Of a stretch of DNA of 28,662 nucleotides, positions 17,079-26,848 are shown piece by piece. The DNA is taken from the IMG/VR virus record IMGVR_UViG_3300020595_000145, positions 1 through 28,662 of that record; one strand, 5' to 3'. The first letter of the stretch is position 1, and each line of letters starts with the position of its first letter. Origin of the DNA: a virus (Duplodnaviria > Caudoviricetes). The translations under genes were made by a program, and so were the position numbers. A model generated the notes under the pieces. The model was not told where the DNA came from, ran no database searches, and saw only the letters and a list, made by a program, of their open reading frames with translations.

Positions 17079-19406
17079 TTATTTTTTATTTGTAAATGAT
17101 ACTAATATATAACGTGTTCCTGTTTCTACTGGTCTACCTCCGTGTAAATGAGTAATGTTTCCGGGGTGAGCCATAGCATATCCTTTTTTACGTGGTTGTA
17201 CTGTAGTTTTATATTTTGGGAGGAATGTACCTCCACCTTTAAATTCATTATTTAATCTAACATTCAATGTAATAACAGAACTATCATGATGCAAGTCTAA
17301 GCTGCCTTGGTTTTCTGTATCGTATTTAGCTATAAAGTTTTCACTGGTTAGATTACCCCAACCATCACCTTGTAATTCCCAAAACCAAGTCCAGATAGGA
17401 TAAACAAATTCCTCTAATACTCTTTGATAAATGTCTTGCATACCTAAACTTTCCATAGTTTGGTCGGTTGTAGGGTAAAATTCATGTCTATCAGTAATCC
17501 ACTCGTTTTGTTCAGCTAAGTCAATAATTTCATTACAGAATTTTTCTGTAAATAATGGGAATTCTATTACGTTAGAAGCAATTTCATCTACCATCAAACG
17601 ATATTGGCCTTTTAATAATGCTGGGTTGATGTATTCTTTGCACCATTCCTCCCAGTTAGATACTTTTTTAATAGATGGGGTTATACCTTGGATATTAAAT
17701 GTAGATAATTGGTCTGCTATATAAAATGTTAAACCAGGGCTATCTTTTTGAATATAATGGTTTATTATAGGAGCTGCTGCTTTTAAACGGGTTTTTCCTG
17801 AGTATTCAGCTAGGATATCTTGGCGATGTGTCATACCAAATGTAATAGAAAGGAATTCATCAAAAGCAAACATTTCACTTTTATATTGTTCCATATATTC
17901 CTCTACTAAAATTTGAACACCTCTTTTAGATAAAATATAAGCGTGAGAATTATAAGTATAATCAGGTTCTACCCATCCATCTAAACCTTCTATTGGTTTT
18001 TCTAATGAAGCCTCTAAAGCATTACGTCCTAAATAAATTAAGTCGTACCCTCTATTTAATAATTCCTCAACTTGAGCCCAGTCTACTGGGGTGTCCTCAT
18101 AGAAGTCTTCTTCTAAAATTAAAGTAGTTTCTAAACCCCTGCGATATGAATCTACCCAAGTATCTACGTGAGATAAACCACAGCCTAATTCACCTTCCAT
18201 TACATCACGTTTCCACCATTTATTACTACCCTCAATATTCCATCTAGAATGTTTAGCTACACCAAATTTATCCCAATCTTCTTGAGACATTTTACGAGCA
18301 TCAAATCCGGGTTTGATAAAATATTCTGTAGGTGAGGGTAAAGTAATATTATTACATTTTTCTACTATCTCTGGGGTTTCTTGTAGTGCTAAAACGTAAA
18401 ATAACTCTAAATTCATATGTGTTTTTGTTATTAAAGAATTCCAATGTTTATTTACTCTGGAGTCCCATGTACATTCATCTAAATAATTAGGTACTTGATC
18501 CCAATCTATAACTTCAGTAGTATTTAAGGTATCAAAACCATTTAATGTTTCTTTTAATCCTCCCCATTCCCATGTAATAGGTTGAACTTTATGTCCTAAC
18601 ATCTCTAAAGCAGTAATACAGAAAGTCTCCTCGTATGATGAGGGATAATACCAATAGGTACTCTCTGCCATTAATTCATATAGCTCATGTTGGGGTAATG
18701 TACCAAGGAATTCTATACCATCCAAATTATCTACTAAATCCTTAAAATAAATGTTGTAATATTCTAACCCATATTCTGGGGTAGATATTTTTAGTGTAGC
18801 CTTAGGGTTATTAGATTTAATATCACCCCATTCTTGTAGAAGTTGAAATAATCCTCGTTCACAATGTGAGGTATAAATGTATTGATTTGGGTTTTTATTA
18901 CCTATTTTAAATTTAGAAATATCTACTCCATTACCTATAACTTGGATTTTATCTCTAGTTTCTGGGAATTGTTCTATAAATTTGTTTTTATGCCATTCTG
19001 TTAGACAGACTATAGATTTTAAGCGAGAATCTAATAAAAGTTCACGATGGTTTGGTAGTTCTTCGCCATTCCACCACGTGAAATAATCGGTATTATGTAC
19101 CCAAAATATCGAATCGGTATACTCGATATCCTCAAATTCTTTAATGTAATGAATGTATGAAACCCCAATAATAGTATCTACAGAATCGACTTCATTTTTG
19201 AAATCTTGTGTGGGTCTATACATTACTCCATCATAATCCCCATAAACTACCCCACCAACGACCCAAATATCCCAAATTGGATTTTGGGATTTAAGGGTTT
19301 TAGCTAAATTTATAATACATTGTTCTGTACCCCCTAAACCAATTTCGTCTATAGTTTCAGGTGAGTAAGGTGGGAAATAATATCCCGCGTATATAACTAA
19401 TTTCAT
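17079..19406 (-). CDS. Three-domain fusion: GT4-like glycosyltransferase + COLGALT-like GT25 + PLOD-like lysyl hydroxylase
   Basis: aa ~1-325 GT-B (GLGGTE; YEETFCITALEM). aa ~331-560 GT25 (GELGCGLSH, LILEED, YDLIYLGR, VEPDYTYNSHAYILS, DEFL). aa ~580-775 matches the PLOD lysyl-hydroxylase pattern (FPLFTEKFC, YPTTD, NFIAKY, LHHDSS.ITLNV.LN, GGGT, HPGNITHLHGG.P...GTRYILVSF). Confidence 0.85.
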   Translation of the reverse strand: MKLVIYAGYYFPPYSPETIDEIGLGGTEQCIINLAKTLKSQNPIWDIWVVGGVVYGDYDGVMYRPTQDFKNEVDSVDTIIGVSYIHYIKEFEDIEYTDSIFWVHNTDYFTWWNGEELPNHRELLLDSRLKSIVCLTEWHKNKFIEQFPETRDKIQVIGNGVDISKFKIGNKNPNQYIYTSHCERGLFQLLQEWGDIKSNNPKATLKISTPEYGLEYYNIYFKDLVDNLDGIEFLGTLPQHELYELMAESTYWYYPSSYEETFCITALEMLGHKVQPITWEWGGLKETLNGFDTLNTTEVIDWDQVPNYLDECTWDSRVNKHWNSLITKTHMNLELFYVLALQETPEIVEKCNNITLPSPTEYFIKPGFDARKMSQEDWDKFGVAKHSRWNIEGSNKWWKRDVMEGELGCGLSHVDTWVDSYRRGLETTLILEEDFYEDTPVDWAQVEELLNRGYDLIYLGRNALEASLEKPIEGLDGWVEPDYTYNSHAYILSKRGVQILVEEYMEQYKSEMFAFDEFLSITFGMTHRQDILAEYSGKTRLKAAAPIINHYIQKDSPGLTFYIADQLSTFNIQGITPSIKKVSNWEEWCKEYINPALLKGQYRLMVDEIASNVIEFPLFTEKFCNEIIDLAEQNEWITDRHEFYPTTDQTMESLGMQDIYQRVLEEFVYPIWTWFWELQGDGWGNLTSENFIAKYDTENQGSLDLHHDSSVITLNVRLNNEFKGGGTFLPKYKTTVQPRKKGYAMAHPGNITHLHGGRPVETGTRYILVSFTNKK

Positions 19407-19424
19407 AACTTTTTACTAATTTAT

Positions 19425-19661
19425 TTAAGGTATTTCACTTATATCTGGTTGATACCATTCATCAATTCTATTTGGAGAGTAAATCCAATCTTGAACGTCA
19501 TTGGACTTTTCAAATTTTACTAGATAATCTGATATTACATAGCTATGGTGAACTTCAATTATACATTCACTTCCACTTGTATTCCATACAGGAGAATACT
19601 CTAAATTATCAGAATGTACATTATATTGACTTACATTTAAAATATAATAAAATTGTGCCAT
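19425..19661 (-). CDS. Small hypothetical protein, possibly a fibre-associated/assembly factor
   Basis: 78 aa acidic/aromatic ORF filling the gap directly after the LamG-tipped fibre gene (10 nt and 18 nt spacers). Confidence 0.55.
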   Translation of the reverse strand: MAQFYYILNVSQYNVHSDNLEYSPVWNTSGSECIIEVHHSYVISDYLVKFEKSNDVQDWIYSPNRIDEWYQPDISEIP

Positions 19662-19671
19662 AATTCAAAAA

Positions 19672-22600
19672 TTAAAATCCATACGCTCCAAAACTCATTC
19701 CGCTTATAGAAACATTGGAGAGGTTATTATTGTATTGAGTAATAGTACCCCCATCATCAAAACTAACATTTGTAATTAAATTAGTAGTACTTATAGTTTG
19801 TGCTGCTTCTGCTCTTGTAGAATCATATAGATTACTAACTACTGATGATGATAGTGTTTTATTATAAAAAGCCCACTCGTCTATTCTACCATTCCATGGG
19901 ACAGTTGTTAAAGCATGTCTTTGAGCACCTATAGCTAACCTTCCCATAGTATTATTAGTTCTAGTATTATTATTAGAGACTGCTACAGAAGTTAATTGTG
20001 AAGCATTCCAATAACATTTAAATGCATTTGAAGCTATAGTTTGGGATGCATCATAGGTAATTGTAAGCATACACATATTATCACTATTAACATTACCCCT
20101 ATTTGTACTTAACCATTTATTTGAAGAAGAAGTACCAGTACCTGTAGCTGAGTTATTATCATGTAAAGCCCACTGAGCATCAAAGTTTGTAGCGTTAGTT
20201 CTTATTCTCATTATAAGTCTATTAGAACTTTGGTTGTATTGTAAGAATGTACGATTATTAGTACCAGAAGTAGTATTATTAAAATCCCATACAGTACGAT
20301 TTGCTGCTGATGTTTGGTCCATTCTAACATATACTCTAATACTCCAATCAAAATTAGTTAGATTATCGTAAGAGCCATTCATAGTAGCTGTAACATTATC
20401 ATTAGTACCATCAAAATCGCCGTAGTAATAATTTTTATATGCTTGTTCTGCACTTGTAATTAAACCATTTGTAAAATCTAAAGCGGTAGAATAACCTGCT
20501 TGGTCTTTTAATCCATATATTGTAGGGGATGTTGAAACACCTGGATAAGTAGCTTGTGATTGACCTGGGTTACCTTTAGGGCCAATTAAACCAATAGGAC
20601 CTTCAGGACCTTGAGGTGAAGGACCAATAGGACCAATAGGACCAATAGCACCAATAGGACCAATGGCACCTGTAGCACCTGATGGACCAATGTTACCAAT
20701 TAGACCTTCAGGACCTTGTGGACCATTTGGACCTTGTGGACCATTTGGACCTTGAGGACCAATAGCACCTTGTACACCTATAGGACCTTTAGCACCTGTT
20801 CTACCTTTAGGACCAATAGCACCTATAGCACCAGCTGGACCTTGAGGTCCTCTAGCACCTGGGGCTCCTTGAACATTAGCTGGACCAATAGGACCGATAC
20901 TACCTTTAGGACCAATTAAACCTTCAGGACCTATAGGACCTTTAGGACCTTGTGGTCCTAACGGACCAATTGATGCTGTAGGACCTTTAGGACCTATTAA
21001 ACCTTCAGGACCTTGAGGACCTAATGGACCAATTGGACCAATAGGACCTTCAGGACCTTTAGCACCAATATCTGGTGTATTACCTTTAGGACCAATTAAA
21101 CCTTCAGGACCTCTTGGACCTTTAGGACCAATAGGACCTTTAGGACCAATTAAACCTCTAGCACCAATACCAGCATCTGTACCTCTAGGACCTATTAAAC
21201 CTTCGGGACCTTGTGGACCTAAAGGACCTAATGGACCAATAAGACCTTGAGGACCTATAGGACCATTTACATTTTCTATACCTCTATCACCTATTAAACC
21301 TTCAGGACCTTGTGGGCCTAATGGACCTTGTGGGCCTATATTTCCTTGTGGACCAATAGCACCGATAGCACCAGCGGGACCTTGAGGACCTTCAGGACCA
21401 ATAGCACCTTTAGGACCTATATTACCTATACCACCTGTTCTACCTTTAGGACCAATAGCACCTATAGCACCTATTGGACCTTTATTACCTATCAAACCTT
21501 CAGGACCTTGGGGACCTAATGGACCAATTGGGCCAATATTACCTTCAGGACCTTTAGGACCAATATCAGGTGTATTACCTTTAGGACCTATTAAACCTTC
21601 AGGACCTTGTGGTCCTAATGGACCAATATTACCTTGTGGACCTATTGGGCCAATAGCACCTTGTGGTGCCGCAGGACCTATATTACCAATTAGACCTTCA
21701 GGACCTTGCGGTCCTATAAGACCTTCAGGACCAATAGGACCTTGTGGACCAATAGCTCCTTGATTACCCGATATACCTTTAGTACCTATGGGACCTGTTA
21801 CTCCTTTAGGGCCTTTATTACCTCTAGGACCTTCGGGACCTTGTGGTCCTAATGGACCAATTGCGCCTGCAGGGCCCTGTGGTCCCAGTGGACCTATAAT
21901 ACCTTTAGGTCCTATATTACCTATACCACCTGTTCTACCTTTAGGACCAATAGCACCTATAGCGCCCGATGGACCTTTATTACCAATAAGACCTTCAGGA
22001 CCTTGTGGGCCTAATGGGCCAATAGGACCAATGTTACCTTCAGGGCCTTTAGGACCAATATCTGGTGTATTACCTTTAGGACCTTGAGGACCAAGTGGTC
22101 CTATAGCACCATTATCTCCTCTAGGACCTTGAGGACCTTGAATTCCTTGATCGCCTGAGGTGTAAATTTCGTCTGTGTGTTGGTACCATGTAGAACCTGA
22201 TGATTCTGATGGTTTTTTCCAAAATACTGTTAAACCGTCACCACCACTATATTCTTGTTGATAAACTACAATATTATAACTAGTACCTGCTGTTAATGAA
22301 ATAGTACCAGTTGTAGTACCTAAAGCGCTTCTACCTCTACCACCATAAAAAGAAGCAACAATAGTACTTCCAATTTTCAATTGAACAGAATCATCAGATT
22401 CTGCTGTAAAGGTGTACGTACCAGTTTCTGTTGGTCTAAATATACCTGTTACTCTGGTTGAAAAATATGCTCCAGAATTAGGGACTGTAATTCCTAAGGA
22501 TTCAAGTAGGGCTGTAGTAGTCCAATTTAAAGCATTAGTTGTATTATTTAAGTCACTAACTACTGAATCTGTAAATGATGTATTTGATAGGTTTACATTA

Positions 22601-23952
22601 AAGAATGATTCAAAATCTGAAGCATTACCTGGGTAATTTGAATATTGAGAAGTATTACCATTACCATTATGAGTAGAGAAAGTTTCTATTAATACACTAC
22701 CTTCAATTTCATTTGGTTGACCTTTAGGACCTATAAGACCTTCAATACCTTTAGGACCTTGTGGGCCTAATGGACCAATAGCACCTTGTGGGGCTGCTGG
22801 ACCAATAGGACCAATAGCACCTTGGGCTACATCTTCACCAATAAGACCTATAGGACCTTGTGGTCCTAATGGACCGATAGGACCTTTAGGACCTTGTGGA
22901 CCTAATGGACCAATTGCACCTTGTGGGGCAGCTGGGCCTATATTACCTATTAAACCTTCAGGGCCTTGAGGACCTTGGGGACCTAATGGACCAATAGCAC
23001 CTATAGGACCAATAGGTCCGTTTACAGCTTCTACACCAATAGCACCAATCCCCCCTGTTAGGCCTTTATCACCTATAAGACCTTCAGGACCTTGTGGTCC
23101 TAATGGACCAATTGCACCTTGTACGTTTGCATCTCCTCTAGGACCAATTGCACCTTGTACGTTTGCATCCCCTCTAGGACCAATATCACCTCTAGAGCCT
23201 ATAAGACCTTCAGGACCAATAGGACCTTGTGGGCCTAAGGGACCAATATTACCTTTTTCTGCTGCGTTACCTATATTACCAATTAAACCTTCAGGACCAA
23301 TATTACCTCTAGGACCTTCAGGGCCTTGTGGACCTAATGGACCAATTGCACCTTGTACATTTGCATCCCCTCTAGGACCAATAGCACCTTGTGGAGCATC
23401 AGCACCTATATTACCTATTAAACCTTCAGGACCTTGTGGTCCTATAGGACCTTCATTACCTTTTATACCTTGAGGACCTTTAGGACCTGTTACATTAGTA
23501 GGACCTTTAGGGCCTATAGCACCTTGAGGTGCAGCATCTCCAATTAAACCTTCAGGACCTTGTGGTCCTATAGGACCTTCATTACCTTTTATACCTGTAA
23601 TTCCTTTAGGTCCTTGTAAACCTCTAGGGCCCCGATCACCTTGTGGTCCTTGTAATTCTATTTTACCTGAACCACTATCACCTACTGCAATACTATTTGT
23701 ATTAGAATCAAATATTACAGCACCTGTAGGTGGGTTAGCAGGGGCTCCAGCTTGGGTAGGTAAAATAATAGTAGCATCGTTACTAACATTTAATGTTTTA
23801 GTATCGGAGTCCTTCATTTCCATTAAGGAATCTCCTCTTTCATTAGTAACTTCAACTACAGAACCACTAATAGTATAAATAATTTTACTACCGTTTCCGT
23901 TATCGAACTCTACACTACCTGAGGAAGGTATTATTTTAACGCTTTTAGCCAT
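19672..23952 (-). CDS. Collagen-like fibre protein with internal PA14 domain and C-terminal LamG/ConA-like lectin domain
   Basis: 1426 aa; Gly-X-Y tracts at aa ~100-410 and ~600-1130; PA14 motif (FSTRVTG.F.P.ETGTYTF..ESDDSV.L.I...YQQEYSGG); LamG-like end (FDGTND...[23 protein letters not shown]). Confidence 0.85.
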   Translation of the reverse strand: MAKSVKIIPSSGSVEFDNGNGSKIIYTISGSVVEVTNERGDSLMEMKDSDTKTLNVSNDATIILPTQAGAPANPPTGAVIFDSNTNSIAVGDSGSGKIELQGPQGDRGPRGLQGPKGITGIKGNEGPIGPQGPEGLIGDAAPQGAIGPKGPTNVTGPKGPQGIKGNEGPIGPQGPEGLIGNIGADAPQGAIGPRGDANVQGAIGPLGPQGPEGPRGNIGPEGLIGNIGNAAEKGNIGPLGPQGPIGPEGLIGSRGDIGPRGDANVQGAIGPRGDANVQGAIGPLGPQGPEGLIGDKGLTGGIGAIGVEAVNGPIGPIGAIGPLGPQGPQGPEGLIGNIGPAAPQGAIGPLGPQGPKGPIGPLGPQGPIGLIGEDVAQGAIGPIGPAAPQGAIGPLGPQGPKGIEGLIGPKGQPNEIEGSVLIETFSTHNGNGNTSQYSNYPGNASDFESFFNVNLSNTSFTDSVVSDLNNTTNALNWTTTALLESLGITVPNSGAYFSTRVTGIFRPTETGTYTFTAESDDSVQLKIGSTIVASFYGGRGRSALGTTTGTISLTAGTSYNIVVYQQEYSGGDGLTVFWKKPSESSGSTWYQHTDEIYTSGDQGIQGPQGPRGDNGAIGPLGPQGPKGNTPDIGPKGPEGNIGPIGPLGPQGPEGLIGNKGPSGAIGAIGPKGRTGGIGNIGPKGIIGPLGPQGPAGAIGPLGPQGPEGPRGNKGPKGVTGPIGTKGISGNQGAIGPQGPIGPEGLIGPQGPEGLIGNIGPAAPQGAIGPIGPQGNIGPLGPQGPEGLIGPKGNTPDIGPKGPEGNIGPIGPLGPQGPEGLIGNKGPIGAIGAIGPKGRTGGIGNIGPKGAIGPEGPQGPAGAIGAIGPQGNIGPQGPLGPQGPEGLIGDRGIENVNGPIGPQGLIGPLGPLGPQGPEGLIGPRGTDAGIGARGLIGPKGPIGPKGPRGPEGLIGPKGNTPDIGAKGPEGPIGPIGPLGPQGPEGLIGPKGPTASIGPLGPQGPKGPIGPEGLIGPKGSIGPIGPANVQGAPGARGPQGPAGAIGAIGPKGRTGAKGPIGVQGAIGPQGPNGPQGPNGPQGPEGLIGNIGPSGATGAIGPIGAIGPIGPIGPSPQGPEGPIGLIGPKGNPGQSQATYPGVSTSPTIYGLKDQAGYSTALDFTNGLITSAEQAYKNYYYGDFDGTNDNVTATMNGSYDNLTNFDWSIRVYVRMDQTSAANRTVWDFNNTTSGTNNRTFLQYNQSSNRLIMRIRTNATNFDAQWALHDNNSATGTGTSSSNKWLSTNRGNVNSDNMCMLTITYDASQTIASNAFKCYWNASQLTSVAVSNNNTRTNNTMGRLAIGAQRHALTTVPWNGRIDEWAFYNKTLSSSVVSNLYDSTRAEAAQTISTTNLITNVSFDDGGTITQYNNNLSNVSISGMSFGAYGF
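20565..22155 (-). repeat. Coding 9-nt collagen repeat tract (C-terminal tract of the 1426 aa protein)
   Basis: Period-9 GGTCCTNNN repeats, with higher-order repetition of the [10 protein letters not shown]...[13 protein letters not shown] block (about 22080, 21585, 21090). Confidence 0.9.
22720..23650 (-). repeat. Coding 9-nt collagen repeat tract (N-terminal tract of the 1426 aa protein)
   Basis: Period-9 repeats, including a 36-nt tandem duplication at 23105-23140/23141-23176 (1 mismatch). Confidence 0.9.
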
Positions 23953-23971
23953 TTATATGGATATCTATTTA

Positions 23972-26821
23972 TTAACTAAAACTAACAAGTACACCTTGTT
24001 CAAACCCAAAATTACTAGTTGTACCATCAGCTCCCTGGATTGAAAAGTCAGTATCTATTCCAGTAGGGGCATCAGCACCCGCTGGACCAATATTACCTTG
24101 TGGACCTCTAGGACCAATAGCACCTGTAGTACCTGCAGGACCAATAGCACCTCTAGGGCCAATATTACCTTTTGGACCAATAGGTGAAGAACCTCCAGGA
24201 CCAATAGGACCTTGGACCCCAATAGGACCTCTAGGACCAATTGGACCTCTAGGACCAATAGCACCTTCAGGACCAATAGGTGAGTTACCAATAGGACCTT
24301 GTGCTCCTGTTGGTCCTTCAGGACCAATAGGTGAGTTACCAATAGGACCTCTAGGACCCTGAGCACCACTAGGTGATGTACCTTTAGGACCAATAGCACC
24401 TCCTGGACCTATAGGACCTTGTGGACCTATAGCACCTTGAGGACCAATAGGACCTCTAGGACCAATAGGTGAAGTACCTTTTGGACCAATAGGACCTTGA
24501 ACCCCAATAGGACCTCTAGGACCAATTAAACCTCTAGGACCTTGAATACCTTGTGGACCAATTGGTGAACTACCAGCAGGACCAATAGGACCTTGAATAC
24601 CTATAGCACCTGCAGGACCAATAGCACCACCAGGACCAATAGGACCTTGTGGACCAATTGGTGAACTACCAGCAGGACCAATAGGACCTTGAATACCAAT
24701 AGGACCTCTAGGACCTCTTGGACCAATATTACCAATAGGACCTTGTGGACCAATTGGTGAAGTACCTTTAGGACCAATAGGACCTTGGTTTCCAATAGGA
24801 CCTCTTGGACCAATTAAACCTCTAGGACCTTGGATACCTTGTGGACCAATAGGTGAATTTCCAATAGGACCTCTAGGACCAATAGCACCTCCAGGACCAA
24901 TATTACCAATAGGACCTTGTGCTCCTGTTGGTCCTTCAGGACCAATAGGTGAAGCACCTTGAGGACCGATAGGACCTTGTATACCAATAGGACCTCTAGG
25001 ACCAATTAAACCTCTAGGACCTTGAATACCTTGTGGACCAATTGGTGAACTACCAGCAGGACCAATAGGACCTTGAATACCAATAGGACCTCTAGGACCA
25101 ATATTACCTATACTACCTTTAGGGCCAATATTACCTTGTGGTGATGTACCTTTAGGACCAATAGGGCCTTGAACTCCAATAGGACCTCTAGGACCTCTAG
25201 GACCAATATTACCAATAGGACCTCTAGGACCAATAGGTGAAGCACCTTGTGGTCCAATGGGGCCTTGTTCTCCGCCTACACCAATAGGACCAATAGGACC
25301 TTGAATACCAATTGGGCCTCTAGGACCGATGGGTGAATTTCCAATAGGACCTCTAGGGCCAATAGCACCTCCAGGACCTATATTACCGATAGGACCCTGT
25401 GCCCCTGTTGGTCCTTCAGGACCGATAGGAGAGTTACCTTGTGGTCCAATAGGACCTTGAATACCGATAGGACCTCTAGGACCAATATTACCTTGGGGAC
25501 CTTGAATACCAATAGGACCTATAGGTGAACTACCAGCTGGGCCAATAGGACCTCTAGGACCGATAGGACCTATATCACCTTTAGTACCTTTAGGTCCTGC
25601 TGGACCTTGTGCTCCTGTTTGACCTTTATCTCCTTTAGGACCAATAGGACCTTGAATACCTTGTGGACCAATTGGACCTCTAGGACCGATTGGACCAATA
25701 GGTGAAGTACCTTTAGGACCAATAGGACCAATAGGAGATGTTCCTTTAGGACCCGTAGGACCAATAGGACCTCTAGGACCAATTGCACCTTGTATGCCAA
25801 TAGGACCTCTAGGACCAATATTACCAATAGGAGATGTTCCTTTAGGACCAATAGGACCTTGGATACCTATAGGACCTCTAGGACCTCTAGGACCAATGTT
25901 ACCAATATTACCTTTAGGACCAATTGGTGAAGTACCTTTAGGACCTTCAGGACCTTGAGCACCTGTTGGACCAATAGGACCTTGTATACCAATAGGACCC
26001 CTTGGACCTATAGGACCAATAGGAGATGTCCCTTTGGGACCAATAGGACCAATAGGTGAAGTACCTTTTGGACCAATAACACCTATAGGACCTATAGGAC
26101 CTTGTGGACCAATATTACCGATAGGACCTCTAGGACCAATGTTACCAATAGGGGATGTTCCTTTAGGACCAATAGGACCTTGTGGTCCAATGTCACCAAT
26201 AGGACCTTGAATTCCAATAGGACCTCTAGGACCAATAGGACCAATAGGTGAAGTACCTTTTGGACCTATAGGACCAATTGGTGAAGTACCTTTAGGACCT
26301 TCAGGACCTTGGGGGCCAATTAAACCTCGTGGACCTTGAATACCTGTGGGACCCTGAATACCTTGTGGACCAATAGGAGATGTTCCTTTAGGTCCAATAG
26401 GACCAATAGGTGAAGTACCTTTAGGACCTTGTGGTCCAATTAAACCTCTAGGACCTTGTATACCTGTAGGACCTTGGGCTCCGTCGTCTCCAATAGGACC
26501 TTGTGGACCTCTAGGACCTTGAACACCTTTTTGACCACCACCTATTTCAAATTGTGTACTACTTTTTACAAGTAATTGATTTGTTGATGAATCAAAGAAC
26601 ATAGCTCCTTCAGGAGCATCCGATGGAGTACCACTTACAGTGGGAATTATAAATTCAGCACTATTATCTATGTTGATAGTACTACCAGTCATAGACATGA
26701 GGGTAGTACCACCCGCCTTAGTGGTGAGGGTACCGCCATCCATTTCCATTTCTACGCTATTACCTCCGTCTGTGAATTCAAAGCTACCTGAGCCGGGGAT
26801 TATTGTAACGTTTTTAGCCAT
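23972..26821 (-). CDS. Collagen-like fibre protein (about 820 aa Gly-Pro-Y tract)
   Basis: 949 aa; about 95 aa N-domain, long [12 protein letters not shown] tract with G(T/N/S/A)SPIG interruptions, about 30 aa C-terminal beta segment. Confidence 0.9.
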   Translation of the reverse strand: MAKNVTIIPGSGSFEFTDGGNSVEMEMDGGTLTTKAGGTTLMSMTGSTINIDNSAEFIIPTVSGTPSDAPEGAMFFDSSTNQLLVKSSTQFEIGGGQKGVQGPRGPQGPIGDDGAQGPTGIQGPRGLIGPQGPKGTSPIGPIGPKGTSPIGPQGIQGPTGIQGPRGLIGPQGPEGPKGTSPIGPIGPKGTSPIGPIGPRGPIGIQGPIGDIGPQGPIGPKGTSPIGNIGPRGPIGNIGPQGPIGPIGVIGPKGTSPIGPIGPKGTSPIGPIGPRGPIGIQGPIGPTGAQGPEGPKGTSPIGPKGNIGNIGPRGPRGPIGIQGPIGPKGTSPIGNIGPRGPIGIQGAIGPRGPIGPTGPKGTSPIGPIGPKGTSPIGPIGPRGPIGPQGIQGPIGPKGDKGQTGAQGPAGPKGTKGDIGPIGPRGPIGPAGSSPIGPIGIQGPQGNIGPRGPIGIQGPIGPQGNSPIGPEGPTGAQGPIGNIGPGGAIGPRGPIGNSPIGPRGPIGIQGPIGPIGVGGEQGPIGPQGASPIGPRGPIGNIGPRGPRGPIGVQGPIGPKGTSPQGNIGPKGSIGNIGPRGPIGIQGPIGPAGSSPIGPQGIQGPRGLIGPRGPIGIQGPIGPQGASPIGPEGPTGAQGPIGNIGPGGAIGPRGPIGNSPIGPQGIQGPRGLIGPRGPIGNQGPIGPKGTSPIGPQGPIGNIGPRGPRGPIGIQGPIGPAGSSPIGPQGPIGPGGAIGPAGAIGIQGPIGPAGSSPIGPQGIQGPRGLIGPRGPIGVQGPIGPKGTSPIGPRGPIGPQGAIGPQGPIGPGGAIGPKGTSPSGAQGPRGPIGNSPIGPEGPTGAQGPIGNSPIGPEGAIGPRGPIGPRGPIGVQGPIGPGGSSPIGPKGNIGPRGAIGPAGTTGAIGPRGPQGNIGPAGADAPTGIDTDFSIQGADGTTSNFGFEQGVLVSFS
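24070..26540 (-). repeat. Coding collagen repeat tract of the 949 aa protein
   Basis: Period-9 repeats with 15-nt interruptions; 98-nt identical blocks at 24504-24601 and 24984-25081. Confidence 0.9.
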
Positions 26822-26835
26822 GTTCTTTTATTTAA

Positions 26836-26844
26836 TATAAATAT
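26836..26844 (-). promoter_or_regulatory. Putative late promoter motif ATATTTATA heading the collagen/modification block
   Basis: 14 nt upstream of the ATG at 26821. Confidence 0.55.
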
Positions 26845-26848
26845 ATGA

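Noticed and set aside
12673-19406. DNA hypermodification cluster (oxygenase + glycosyltransferase, as in hmC glucosylation) or host LPS/serotype conversion locus
   Set aside because: The oxygenases are PLOD- and prolyl-hydroxylase-like rather than TET/JBP-like, and the GTs resemble protein-acting families. There are no nucleotide kinases/hydroxymethylases, flippases or membrane proteins, and the block is embedded among structural genes.
19472-22636. Plus-strand ORFs 19472-19663, 20716-20919, 21328-21519, 21788-22087 (itself collagen-looking) and 22412-22636
   Set aside because: Antisense shadows. GGTCCT read on the opposite strand gives GGACC (Gly-Pro) automatically, so the antisense 'collagen' is a codon-symmetry artefact.
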